From a virus (taxonomy: Duplodnaviria; Caudoviricetes), in the IMG/VR virus record IMGVR_UViG_3300044652_000022, positions 1 through 64,000 of that record: a DNA stretch of 64,000 bases. One strand, 5' to 3'. Shown here piece after piece: positions 38,344 to 47,730 of this stretch. The notes under the pieces were generated by a model. That model did no database searches and was not told the origin of the DNA. It saw nothing but the letters and a program-made list of their open reading frames with translations. Within the stretch, counting starts at the first letter, position 1; the number at the start of each line of letters is the position of its first letter. The position numbers were made by a program, and so were the translations under genes.

Positions 38344-39837
38344 ATGGCGCTAATCGACCGCGTGTCCAAACTCATCCCCTCGGCGTCGTCGCGGATGGGC
38401 ATTTTAGGCAATAGCGCCGCCGTCGCTCTTCCAGGTCGCGGTGGCGTGCCCGACATGCCGCGTCCGCGTCCCTTCGACGAACTGGGCGTGTCCGGCTTGA
38501 ATCGGATGCGCGGCATCGGGACGGTCAATGAAGAATGGCTGATTGACCTGTCCGGGAATCGGTGGAAGCAAATCTACCGCGAGATGCGCGACAACGATCC
38601 CGTTATCGGTGCGATGTTCTTCGCTCTGGAGACCATCCTCCGCAAAGCGGAATGGTCCGTCGAACCAGCCAAGGGACCCGACGGCGACAACATCGCCCAG
38701 TTCATCCGCGACTGCATGGACGACATGTCGCATACGTGGGAGGACTTTATTGCCGAGTGCGTCTCCCAGTTCACCTTCGGATTCGCGCTATTCGAGACCG
38801 TATACAAGCGCCGCAAGGGGATGAACGGAAAGCACGCCTCCCGGTTTGGCGACGGGCTGATTGGCTGGCGCAAATTCGCGCCTCGCGCCCAGGAGTCTAT
38901 CGTGTACTGGGTTTGGGACGAGGAAGGCGGGTTGCAGGGAGCGCAGCAGCTAGCTCCGCCCGACTACAAGCTCTGCACTCTCCCAATTGAAAAACTGATG
39001 CTCTTCCGCACCACCTCGCTGAAGAACAACCCGGAGGGAAGGTCCATTCTGCGGAACTGCTATCGCCCGTGGTTCTTCAAGCGCCGCATCGAAGAGGTGG
39101 AAGGGATCGGGATCGAGCGAGACCTCTGCGGGTTGCCGGTCCTCTATGCGACCGAAGAGGCCCTTGGGCAAATGGGTGGTGAGAACGCCGCGCGGACTCT
39201 TGTGCGGAACATTCGCGTGGACGACCAAGCTGGCGTCGTTCTCCCTCAGGCCTTCGACGACAAAGGCAATCCGCTGGTCAAGCTGGAACTTTTAAAAGCT
39301 GCCGGAGCCAAACAGACGGACCCGGACAAGACCATCACGCGGTACAATCAGGATATTTTGAACACGATGCTCGCCGGGTTCATTCAATTCGGCCAGACAC
39401 CCACCGGGTCGCGGTCGTTGCACGTTTCCGCCACCGAAATCTTCTCGCTCGCGATTACGACGTTCATGGACGGCGTGGCTGCGGTGATGAACCGCTACGC
39501 CATCCCGCGCCTGATGGCGCTGAATCAGATGGATCTGGAAAAAGCGCCGCGCCTGATCCCAGGTGAAATCGGCGTCCGCGATTTAGAAGAGCTTGCGGAC
39601 TTCGTGCAAAAGCTGTCCCAGGCTGGGTTGACGTTCTGGGATCCGCCAACCGTCGATTACCTGCGCAAGATGGCGCGGTTGCCCAAGGCGCCGCCCGAGG
39701 AAGCCATGCCGCCCGCGGCGCAGAATCCCGAAGGGGAACCGCAGCCTGGACAATTGCCTCCAGGACAAGCGCCCGCCGGGTCTGAAGGGCCTCAGGATCA
39801 GGCGGAGGCGCAGCGGCAGCTGGAGGGCGTGGCGTGA
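38344..39837 (+). CDS. Portal protein (DUF935/Mu gp29-like)
   Basis: YREMRDNDPVIG, NPEGRSILRNCY, ERDLCGLP; position after TerL. Confidence 0.9.
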   Translation: MALIDRVSKLIPSASSRMGILGNSAAVALPGRGGVPDMPRPRPFDELGVSGLNRMRGIGTVNEEWLIDLSGNRWKQIYREMRDNDPVIGAMFFALETILRKAEWSVEPAKGPDGDNIAQFIRDCMDDMSHTWEDFIAECVSQFTFGFALFETVYKRRKGMNGKHASRFGDGLIGWRKFAPRAQESIVYWVWDEEGGLQGAQQLAPPDYKLCTLPIEKLMLFRTTSLKNNPEGRSILRNCYRPWFFKRRIEEVEGIGIERDLCGLPVLYATEEALGQMGGENAARTLVRNIRVDDQAGVVLPQAFDDKGNPLVKLELLKAAGAKQTDPDKTITRYNQDILNTMLAGFIQFGQTPTGSRSLHVSATEIFSLAITTFMDGVAAVMNRYAIPRLMALNQMDLEKAPRLIPGEIGVRDLEELADFVQKLSQAGLTFWDPPTVDYLRKMARLPKAPPEEAMPPAAQNPEGEPQPGQLPPGQAPAGSEGPQDQAEAQRQLEGVA

Positions 39838-39852
39838 GAGTTTTTTACAACC

Positions 39853-40497
39853 ATGAGGACGCTGCATTTTCTAGCGGTCTCTCTGGTGCTCCTTTCTCTT
39901 GTAGACGCCTTTGGGCAACCTCAGGAAGCGGAACGGTATCAGGACGACCGCAAACGCTCCCCGCTCATTGGTCAACCACCCCGGGTTGCGAGCCCAGAGA
40001 TCGTCCAGCAAATGAAGCAGAGATTAGAAAGGAGCGAATTTGGATCGGGGCTGACACCAGCCGAACTGAACGAGATCAAAAAATTACGGGAAGCCGATAT
40101 TGCGCTACTCAATCGCATTATCGAAACCGACCGCAAGTACAAGGAACTGGTCGAGTACATCAACGGACTGAACGACACGTTAGACGCCAGGCTCCTGACC
40201 CAGGCCATAGACGATATCAAGCAACTGAAGCAGGAACAGCAGGACAGGTTGGAGACCGAGAAAACCGAGCACGAGCGCAACATGCGCATGGTCGGGTCGA
40301 TCAAAACCGGAACGATCATGCTGGTAATTGGCATGGTCGTGCATTGGGTCAAATGGATGATCTTCGACCCGAAGCGGAGGAAGGCTCTGCTCAACGCCAT
40401 GCAGCGGCAAACGGAAGAGGTCAAGCACAAGGACTGCACGGAGTTCGAGCGGGAGTATCGACCTCACTACTACCCCAAAGAGGGGTCGGACGACTGA
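39853..40497 (+). CDS. Secreted/membrane coiled-coil protein
   Basis: N-terminal signal peptide and a C-proximal TM helix. Confidence 0.65.
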   Translation: MRTLHFLAVSLVLLSLVDAFGQPQEAERYQDDRKRSPLIGQPPRVASPEIVQQMKQRLERSEFGSGLTPAELNEIKKLREADIALLNRIIETDRKYKELVEYINGLNDTLDARLLTQAIDDIKQLKQEQQDRLETEKTEHERNMRMVGSIKTGTIMLVIGMVVHWVKWMIFDPKRRKALLNAMQRQTEEVKHKDCTEFEREYRPHYYPKEGSDD

Positions 40498-40510
40498 ATC
40501 GGCTTTAAAA

Positions 40511-40870
40511 ATGCGCGAATGGTTCCATCGTTTTGCGGAGAAGGCGGAAAGGTACGCTGGGTCCCCATCTGCCTTCTTCATTGCCACGGCGATGGTCTTG
40601 GTCTGGCTGGCCACGGGACCAGCCATGCGCTTCACCGACACGTGGCAGTTTCTGATCGACACGCCCACCAACATCATTACCTTCCTGATGGTCTTTGTTC
40701 TGCAAACCTCGCAGAACCGGAACCAGAAGGCGCTTCATTTGAAGCTAGACGAACTGATCCGCGTTTCGACAGCGCGGAATGCCTTTGTCGGTCTGGAGAA
40801 GTTCAGTGAGGACCAGATTGCCGAACTCCAGCGCGAGTTTGATAGGATAGCGAAGGGAGACGAAAGATGA
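40511..40870 (+). CDS. Low-affinity iron permease family (Fet4-like)
   Basis: FTDTWQFLIDTPTNIITFLMVFVLQTSQNR..ALHLKLDELI. Confidence 0.85.
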   Translation: MREWFHRFAEKAERYAGSPSAFFIATAMVLVWLATGPAMRFTDTWQFLIDTPTNIITFLMVFVLQTSQNRNQKALHLKLDELIRVSTARNAFVGLEKFSEDQIAELQREFDRIAKGDER

Positions 40871-41232
40871 GTTTGTTCACTTCCCTGCTCTTGGCGGATG
40901 CGGTGGAGAAAGGCGGACCTGGATCGGGACGCCATCCGGGAGGCGGATCGGATCCTCGTTCGCTGGCGATCCATGCCCGCCGTATGACAGAGGCAGCGCA
41001 GGACGCGACGAAACGATCCCGTTCAGAAAATTCTGGGTCGGCGCATCGCGAAGCAGCGGCGGCTCATGAGCGGGCAGAGTACGCCCACCGCGCCGCATCC
41101 GACGCCTATCGAGCGGAAGGCAATCGCGAGCGTTCCGCCAACGGACATGCAGACCAGGCGCAGCGACACCAGCGCGCCGCAGCGTTTCACAGCAGGATGG
41201 CTACCGCCGACACCGTTCGGCGCTGGGAATAG
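40867..41232 (+). CDS. Small His/Ala/Arg-rich protein with shared leader
   Basis: MSLFTSLLLADAVEK-GGPGSG. Confidence 0.8.
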   Translation: MSLFTSLLLADAVEKGGPGSGRHPGGGSDPRSLAIHARRMTEAAQDATKRSRSENSGSAHREAAAAHERAEYAHRAASDAYRAEGNRERSANGHADQAQRHQRAAAFHSRMATADTVRRWE

Positions 41233-41243
41233 GAGAACAGAAG

Positions 41244-41885
41244 ATGAGTTTGCTAACGTCGTTGCTGTTGACGGACTCGATTGAAAAAGGCGGACCCGGA
41301 TCGGGACGCCGCCCTGGCGGTGGGCAAGCTCCTCCGTCCTCGTTATTCGAACACGAACGCGCGGCGCGGCAGGCTTCGACGCGCGCCAACTTCACCAACA
41401 AGCCCGAACACCACGCCTACGCTGCGAAAATGCACCGCGAGGCTGCGTCGGCGTTTGGCGCCAAGGGTGACCGAGAAAAGCAACAGAGCCACGAGCGCCT
41501 GGCTGCGTTTCACGAACGCAAAGCCGCGAGCGTGGGCAAGGGTGGTCCCGGATCCGGCCGACATGCGGAAGGCGGAAGCCAACGCTTCACAATGGCCGGC
41601 GGTCGTCATTCAGGAACAGGAATGACGCACCAGGAGTTCGGGCACTTTGCGGCGAAGGTCGGCATGGCGCTGAACGAAAACCGCGCGAAGGAGAACTCGT
41701 TGCGGGCAGCAGGCAACCACGAAGCCGCCAACCGCATTTACGATGAGAACAAGGGCCGGGTCAAAGGGATCCTGGATGAACACGGCGTAACGCCCCAAGC
41801 CTTCGATCACCACATGGGCGTTTACTCCAAAGCATCCGGGTCTCGTCCGCCCAACGTGAAGCTGTCCCGCATGTTCATGTCCTAA
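41244..41885 (+). CDS. Protein with shared leader and a second internal KGGPGSG
   Basis: MSLLTSLLLTDSIEK-GGPGSG ... SVGK-GGPGSG. Confidence 0.8.
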   Translation: MSLLTSLLLTDSIEKGGPGSGRRPGGGQAPPSSLFEHERAARQASTRANFTNKPEHHAYAAKMHREAASAFGAKGDREKQQSHERLAAFHERKAASVGKGGPGSGRHAEGGSQRFTMAGGRHSGTGMTHQEFGHFAAKVGMALNENRAKENSLRAAGNHEAANRIYDENKGRVKGILDEHGVTPQAFDHHMGVYSKASGSRPPNVKLSRMFMS

Positions 41886-41962
41886 AAAATGATCGTCCTT
41901 CTTCTAGCGGCGAGTCTGTTGCTGCTAGCCCTACTGCTGTCGAATCGCGTCGGCAAATAAAA

Positions 41963-42292
41963 ATGATTCCGCTCGTTACGCTGTTCTGGCTGCTGGTTGG
42001 ACATGCGGTTGCCGACTACCCGCTGCAAGGGGACTTCCTTGCCCGAGCCAAGAATCACCGCCAGCCGTTGCCTGGTGTGCCGTGGCAAATCTGCCTCGTC
42101 GCCCATGCGCTGATTCACGCGGGTGCGGTGATGGCGATTACGCATAACCTGATCCTCGCTTTATCCGAACTGTCCTGCCACATCGTTATCGACTTCTGCA
42201 AGTCGGAAGGTTGGTACGGGTTCGCCGCCGACCAAGCCTTGCACGTGGTCTGCAAAATCCTGTGGGTGGCGTTGTTGTTCCTCTTTCGTTAG
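41963..42292 (+). CDS. DUF3307-like membrane protein
   Basis: GHAVADYPLQ, HALIH, HIVID, DQALH. Confidence 0.8.
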   Translation: MIPLVTLFWLLVGHAVADYPLQGDFLARAKNHRQPLPGVPWQICLVAHALIHAGAVMAITHNLILALSELSCHIVIDFCKSEGWYGFAADQALHVVCKILWVALLFLFR

Positions 42293-43261
42293 ATGCCCGT
42301 TACCTTCGTCAGGAAGTCGGTGTCCAACCCGATCAACGATGCTGCGGCGAACATGGAGCCCAAGCTGAGAAAGGCTTTCTTAGACGCCGTAGCCGCGATG
42401 AAAAAGAAAGTCAGCCTCGACAAGCTGGCGAAGGCGGTGGAGCGAGGCAATGTAAATGAAGCCTTGTCCATTCTGGCGTTAGACAAAGACTTCGCCGACG
42501 CCCTGCGCGGCAAAGGACTCCAGGCCCACCTCGATTCGTTCCGCGACGCCATCAATCAAACGGTCGCGGCTGGAGCCAAGGCGGCTGTGAAAATGCTGCC
42601 AACCAGAATCAGCACCGACCTGTCCTTCAACCTCATGTCTCCCGACGCCGTGGCCTTCGTAGACTCGTATTCGTTTGGACTCATTCACCAGGTCACGCAG
42701 GACACCATCGAAGCCATCCGAGATGTCCTGCATCGCGGATTCAGCGAGGGCGGACATCCGCTGGAGATGGCGCGCGAGATTCGCGACTTCATTGGGTTGA
42801 CGACCAACCAGGAACGGGCGGTGGCCAACTACAAACGCGCCTTGTCCGATCCGTCGAAAATGCGGACGGCTCTGGATCGGGCTCTGCGCGATGGACGCCA
42901 CGACGCCACCGTCCTCCGCGCCGTCCGCAACAACGCGCCGCTAGACCAGGCGATGGTAGACAAAATGGTGGCTCGATACAAGGAACGTTACGTCCAGTAC
43001 CGAGCCCAAATGATCGCTCGCACCGAATCCATCCGAGCCAGCAATGTCGGTCAAAAAGAAGTCTGGCGGCAAGCCCAGCGCCAGGGCTTGCTAGATGGAG
43101 CGGTGCGGGTATGGATTTCGTCGGGCGACGACCGCGAGTGCGACATTTGCGGAGACCTCGACGGCGAAACGGCAGGCATGGATGAGGAATTTGCTCCCGG
43201 TATCCTGCATCCGCCAACTCATCCGTCCTGCCGCTGTACAACGGCCTTGCAATTCAGCTAA
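42293..43261 (+). CDS. Head morphogenesis protein (MuF/SPP1 gp7)
   Basis: RAQMIARTE, CDICGDLDG, PPTHPSCRCT. Confidence 0.9.
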   Translation: MPVTFVRKSVSNPINDAAANMEPKLRKAFLDAVAAMKKKVSLDKLAKAVERGNVNEALSILALDKDFADALRGKGLQAHLDSFRDAINQTVAAGAKAAVKMLPTRISTDLSFNLMSPDAVAFVDSYSFGLIHQVTQDTIEAIRDVLHRGFSEGGHPLEMAREIRDFIGLTTNQERAVANYKRALSDPSKMRTALDRALRDGRHDATVLRAVRNNAPLDQAMVDKMVARYKERYVQYRAQMIARTESIRASNVGQKEVWRQAQRQGLLDGAVRVWISSGDDRECDICGDLDGETAGMDEEFAPGILHPPTHPSCRCTTALQFS

Positions 43262-43279
43262 CCGAAAGGAGAAATCAAA

Positions 43280-43855
43280 ATGGGAACTACAACGGCACCG
43301 CCTCCGGCTCCTCCGCCGACCGATAACCCGGCCCCGTCCGGAATTCGCGGTCCCGCTCGCCCCGACTTGCTCGCCAACGAGGAGTCGCGGAAGAACGCGG
43401 AAACCGACCGAATGCAGCTTGGATTCAACGCCCGCTGCCGCTACCGCATTCCCGGCAACCCGGATGACGTGAACGTGAGCATGGTTCGCGTCACCGTTTC
43501 CGATCCAGCCGCCGTCAGTATTCAGCCCGATCCGCAGCCCGAGGAAGGCACGCTGGCTTCCGGGACTCTCGTTGCGGTGGGCGGTCACGAATCGCACGGG
43601 GTGGCTCTGACCGCTCGCATTCCTTATCGCGATGGCGTCATCCGCACCGCGGATACGATCTTCGACGTGGTGGACCATGTTCAGAACGACCTCAAAATCG
43701 AACTGAGCGACGTGGAGGAAGGAACCGGGTTCAGCACGCAGACCCAAATGCTGCATCCGACACCCGAACTCCAAGCCATTCAAGACACCACGGCCAGTTC
43801 CAAACCGGTCGCAGCCACCAACCCCATGCCTCCGGGACCGGGCAACGCGATCTAA
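43280..43855 (+). CDS. Hypothetical (possibly Ig-like) protein
   Basis: Strong RBS; beta-rich core. Confidence 0.65.
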   Translation: MGTTTAPPPAPPPTDNPAPSGIRGPARPDLLANEESRKNAETDRMQLGFNARCRYRIPGNPDDVNVSMVRVTVSDPAAVSIQPDPQPEEGTLASGTLVAVGGHESHGVALTARIPYRDGVIRTADTIFDVVDHVQNDLKIELSDVEEGTGFSTQTQMLHPTPELQAIQDTTASSKPVAATNPMPPGPGNAI

Positions 43856-43887
43856 AACAGCCCGCTGTCGCGTCACACTTCAGGGGA

Positions 43888-43979
43888 GCGCTAGCTTGGC
43901 GTATAAAGCCTTTTCGCACGTTCGCCGGTGGTAAGCATGGAAACCTCGCTCAGGATCGCTTATACGCCGAGCTTTGCGC
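43888..43979 (+). repeat. Long hairpin related to the dispersed repeat 5' end
   Basis: agcttggcgtataa/ttatacgccgagct; cttggcgtataa is identical to E1. Confidence 0.7.
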
Positions 43980-44018
43980 AGCAGCACCGCAGTTTTTCCG
44001 CAGGAAAGGAGTAGATCC

Positions 44019-44192
44019 ATGGGTCTCTTTGCTTTTGTCCTCATGCTGGTGGCGTTTTTCTGTTTCCTCGCCGCCGCATTCGCGATTCCGTCGCGCATCA
44101 ACCTCACCGCCCTAGGCCTGGCGCTTTGGGTTCTGGCGGTGGCGCTTCTCGGCTTCCAGTCAGGCTGGGTGACGACGCACGTACGGCCGTGA
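44019..44192 (+). CDS. Small two-TM membrane protein
   Basis: AAGGAG RBS; 57 aa, hydrophobic. Confidence 0.65.
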   Translation: MGLFAFVLMLVAFFCFLAAAFAIPSRINLTALGLALWVLAVALLGFQSGWVTTHVRP

Positions 44193-44649
44193 CCGACTGG
44201 GAGATCATTTTGCTGATCCTAGCCTTCATCGCCGCCATTGTCGTTTTTTCGCTCCTTCCGCTCCGTCGAAAAAAGTGACCACGCTTTGCACCTGGGTTGG
44301 CTGCTCGAAGCTCGCCGCCCATCCTCAGGTTCGAGAAGGTGGACAAGTGTGGGCGCGGCTCTGCGACGAACATCACCAGGAACTGGAAGAGGCAGTTCAG
44401 AAGGGTAGTCCCGGACGCCTTTTATCGTGCTGGGTCAAGGCTAACGGCGGCGCAAAAAAGCTGTCGGAGAAAATGTGAGGATTTGGCACGCCATCCGCCA
44501 GGTGTTCTGCCTCCACCGTCGGTTAGAGTTCGTGCGGAACATTTACGGCGACGAGATCAACTACAGCGGCGGCAATCGCTCGCTTTGGACATGTTTGAAC
44601 TGCCACGCGCTGATCGGTAAAAAGAACCTGTACTTCGGAGATAGCGACA

Positions 44650-47600
44650 GTGACGACTATCCCTCCCCCAGTGTTTGAAAAGATCCCGGACCCGAAGGCG
44701 CAGTCGCTCTTAAAGCAGTTTGTGGCGCGTCATTTGAACAGCGGAGCTTCGGAGCTGGTCGCCTACGTGAAGGCGTATCGAGCACTCGAGGAAGCCGGGT
44801 ACGCGCGCGGCGACGACGGGACCTGGGTCCTGAAGGACTCGCCCACCATCTCCGACGTGCATGTTCCTGGCATCTTCCGCTTCCGTCTGCCGCGTCGTCG
44901 CCGCAAGCCCAAAAAAGACAAGCCAGCAATTCTGAAGCGCATCAGCGGCAACTCGGATATCGGGTTGAACGCCAAAGGCTCTGAGGACGCCATGCGCCTT
45001 GGGGAGCGGTTAGCGGCGCGTGGGGGGCTGGATGTGCTTTACGCAAGTCCAGTGGCGCGCGCCGCCCAGACCGCTGAAGCCTTGACCGAAGCCGATCCGT
45101 CCTTGACGTACCAGCTGAACAGCGCCCTGGCGCCCTGGCACCTGGGAAAGTACGAAGGGCGGATGCCCGAAGAGGTTGGGACGAAAATCGACCGCCTGAT
45201 CCAGAACCCGGACGACCGTCCTCCAGGCAACGGGCAGGATGCGGTGCCAGGTGAATCTTTCAACGATTTCAAAAAACGGATTATTACCTTCGTGCATGAC
45301 GCCGGGATCGAATGGTCCAAGCATCCCGATATGCGCCTCGGGATCGTGATGCACTCGCGCCCGCTCGATCTGATAATGGACTGGATCGCGGCTGGTGGTC
45401 CTCCTCCAGACTCGTCTTTCCGTCTGCGTCATACGCAGGAACACAACGACAATTTGCAGCATGGATCGGTCTGGGTCTGGCGCCTCAACGATATCGAGAC
45501 GCAGCAGGTGGACCTGAACCTCAACGATCCGCTGCCTGGCGGCGTGTACCTGATCCTGCATTGTCTGACGGACGACGACCCGGACGACGGGATCGAACTC
45601 GACGCTACCGAAAAACGCTACGTCCCTCCTATCGAAGCCATCCGCGATGCCCAGGCTTCGTTCGAGGCTGGGTTCACGGTTCCTGAAATCACGGAAAAGC
45701 TGGCTTCGGGTGAAGGACTGACGCTCGATGAGGTCGAGCGGATATACGAGTTCTTCGGGACCGCCTCCAACGATATCGAAAAGCGCGCCTGGGGCGGACC
45801 CTTCGCCGCCAAGTGGGTGACGCGCGTTATCCGCAAGGCGTACACGGTCGAGGAGGACTTTGAAAAGGCAGATGGGCAGTGGGTAACTGTTCATGGTGTG
45901 CATGTATTCATCGACAAAAATGGTGTTATCCAAAAAGGTCCTCGCACGCTGATTGGGCAACACCATACCGCTGTTACCCACAAGGACGTTGACGCTGTTT
46001 TCGAGGACAAAACGCCGCCTTCAATTCCCCCTAAAGGTTCTCCTGTAGAGGCTTACGCAGAGAACCTTCCGCATTTTGCGTCTTTCTACCTAAAGGATCA
46101 GGAGGCTGTTAAAACACTTCGGGATGCCTACTTCGCGCAGGAGCATGGTATTGCACCGCCCACAGAGGCAGAAAGACAGTGGACAGAGCACAACCAAAAG
46201 TTTGACCTGAACGATCCTGCCGTAAAAGCCCAGCAGGAGTTCGTGCAGGCGTGGATGCGGCATTCCTACCCTGATGGAAAGGTCAAGCTGTACAGAGCCC
46301 AATTGGGAGAGCCTCCTAGCAATCAGGTTTCTTACGCCCACGACCGAACGTCCGCCGTCGAGTTCAAGGAAACAGCGCTACAGGGACAGGGCAAGATCGT
46401 TTCGCACACGATCAAGGTCTCCGACATTGTGAATGCGTCGCCCTTTATCGGCTACCTGGGGCGAGCCGATGAGCGTGAAGTCGTCGTAAACCGTTCGGTA
46501 AAGAAAAACGACGCGGTAGAAAAACAAGGCGGCGGGATCATGGTCGCGTTTACCGTGTCCCCAGCGCTTGCGGACTTGCTGCGTGTAGACGACGGCGAGG
46601 ACTCGGACGACATGCACATTACGCTGGCGTACCTGGGCCAGGTAGATGAAGTGGATCCCGAGCGCCTCGCCTTTCTCGAGGACGCGCTGGAAGGCTTCGG
46701 GTTGACGCATGGGCCAATGACCGGCGACATTTCGGGACCTGCTCGATTCGCTGCAACGAAGCACAGCGACGACAAGGACGTGGCGATAGCGCTGTTCAAT
46801 TCCCCAACCATCCAGGAGTTCCGGAACGAACTCGTCCAGACGATTGAAGCGCTGGGACTGGAGGTAAAAAAGAACTTCGGGTACACGCCGCATATCACGC
46901 TGGCGTACATCAGCCCGGACGAGGACATGCCCGTCCAGCGCATCGACCCGGTCAAGGTGACGTTCGATCAAATCACGTTGTACGTTGGCGGCGAGCGAAC
47001 GGACTTCGATCTGGTGGGATACGCAGAGCCAGTCACCAAGGCTACCGCCGTGGACGAAGGCACCTGGGTGACGATCAATGGCCAGCATGTTTTGATCGGT
47101 GCGAACGGAGAGATCCTGCGCGGGAATCCCAAGGTACTTGGACAGCCCAAGCAAGGTGACCTGCCGCTCCAGCCGGCGATGAAGTTGACGCCGGTAAATG
47201 AAAAAGCCTTCAACGGGAAGCAAATCGAGGTCCAGCACAAGCTCTCTAAACTCGAAACCGGCAAGACAGCAGAGGAAGCCGTCCTCGCGCATTTCCACCA
47301 GCAAGGGCTGACGGACGCGCGTCCGCTGAACGAAAAGCACACGAACTTCCCTATCGACCTCGTCCAGGACCATCAAGCCATCGAGGTCAAAGGCGGGCTG
47401 GTGTCGAATAGCAAAGCCGCGCAGCAGTGGCGTGCGACTATCGGACAGCCAGGCAAGACGGAAACGGCGTGGCTGAAGCAAGCCGGGAAGGAAGAAAAAG
47501 CGGCGTGGAATGATCGCAAGTCCCAGGAGATCCTGAAGCGCAAGGCGGACGCTGTGAAGGAACTCTCCAAGGAGCACGGAGTCAAATTCAAGGGGTACAC

Positions 47601-47730
47601 AATGACCTCGATTATCAACCCCGACACCAAGACCATCGACCTGTATAAATTCGAGGGCTTCCACCTCCGCATCCCGTGGAACTCACCGTCCGCGAAAGCC
47701 GCGTACGTCGGAACATTCCGGTATCAATAA
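44650..47730 (+). CDS. Polyvalent multidomain head-associated protein
   Basis: ChaB-like, His-phosphatase-like, ART-like, 2H phosphoesterase (two HITL motifs) and PD-(D/E)xK (IDLV..IEVK) segments. Confidence 0.85.
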   Translation: MTTIPPPVFEKIPDPKAQSLLKQFVARHLNSGASELVAYVKAYRALEEAGYARGDDGTWVLKDSPTISDVHVPGIFRFRLPRRRRKPKKDKPAILKRISGNSDIGLNAKGSEDAMRLGERLAARGGLDVLYASPVARAAQTAEALTEADPSLTYQLNSALAPWHLGKYEGRMPEEVGTKIDRLIQNPDDRPPGNGQDAVPGESFNDFKKRIITFVHDAGIEWSKHPDMRLGIVMHSRPLDLIMDWIAAGGPPPDSSFRLRHTQEHNDNLQHGSVWVWRLNDIETQQVDLNLNDPLPGGVYLILHCLTDDDPDDGIELDATEKRYVPPIEAIRDAQASFEAGFTVPEITEKLASGEGLTLDEVERIYEFFGTASNDIEKRAWGGPFAAKWVTRVIRKAYTVEEDFEKADGQWVTVHGVHVFIDKNGVIQKGPRTLIGQHHTAVTHKDVDAVFEDKTPPSIPPKGSPVEAYAENLPHFASFYLKDQEAVKTLRDAYFAQEHGIAPPTEAERQWTEHNQKFDLNDPAVKAQQEFVQAWMRHSYPDGKVKLYRAQLGEPPSNQVSYAHDRTSAVEFKETALQGQGKIVSHTIKVSDIVNASPFIGYLGRADEREVVVNRSVKKNDAVEKQGGGIMVAFTVSPALADLLRVDDGEDSDDMHITLAYLGQVDEVDPERLAFLEDALEGFGLTHGPMTGDISGPARFAATKHSDDKDVAIALFNSPTIQEFRNELVQTIEALGLEVKKNFGYTPHITLAYISPDEDMPVQRIDPVKVTFDQITLYVGGERTDFDLVGYAEPVTKATAVDEGTWVTINGQHVLIGANGEILRGNPKVLGQPKQGDLPLQPAMKLTPVNEKAFNGKQIEVQHKLSKLETGKTAEEAVLAHFHQQGLTDARPLNEKHTNFPIDLVQDHQAIEVKGGLVSNSKAAQQWRATIGQPGKTETAWLKQAGKEEKAAWNDRKSQEILKRKADAVKELSKEHGVKFKGYTMTSIINPDTKTIDLYKFEGFHLRIPWNSPSAKAAYVGTFRYQ

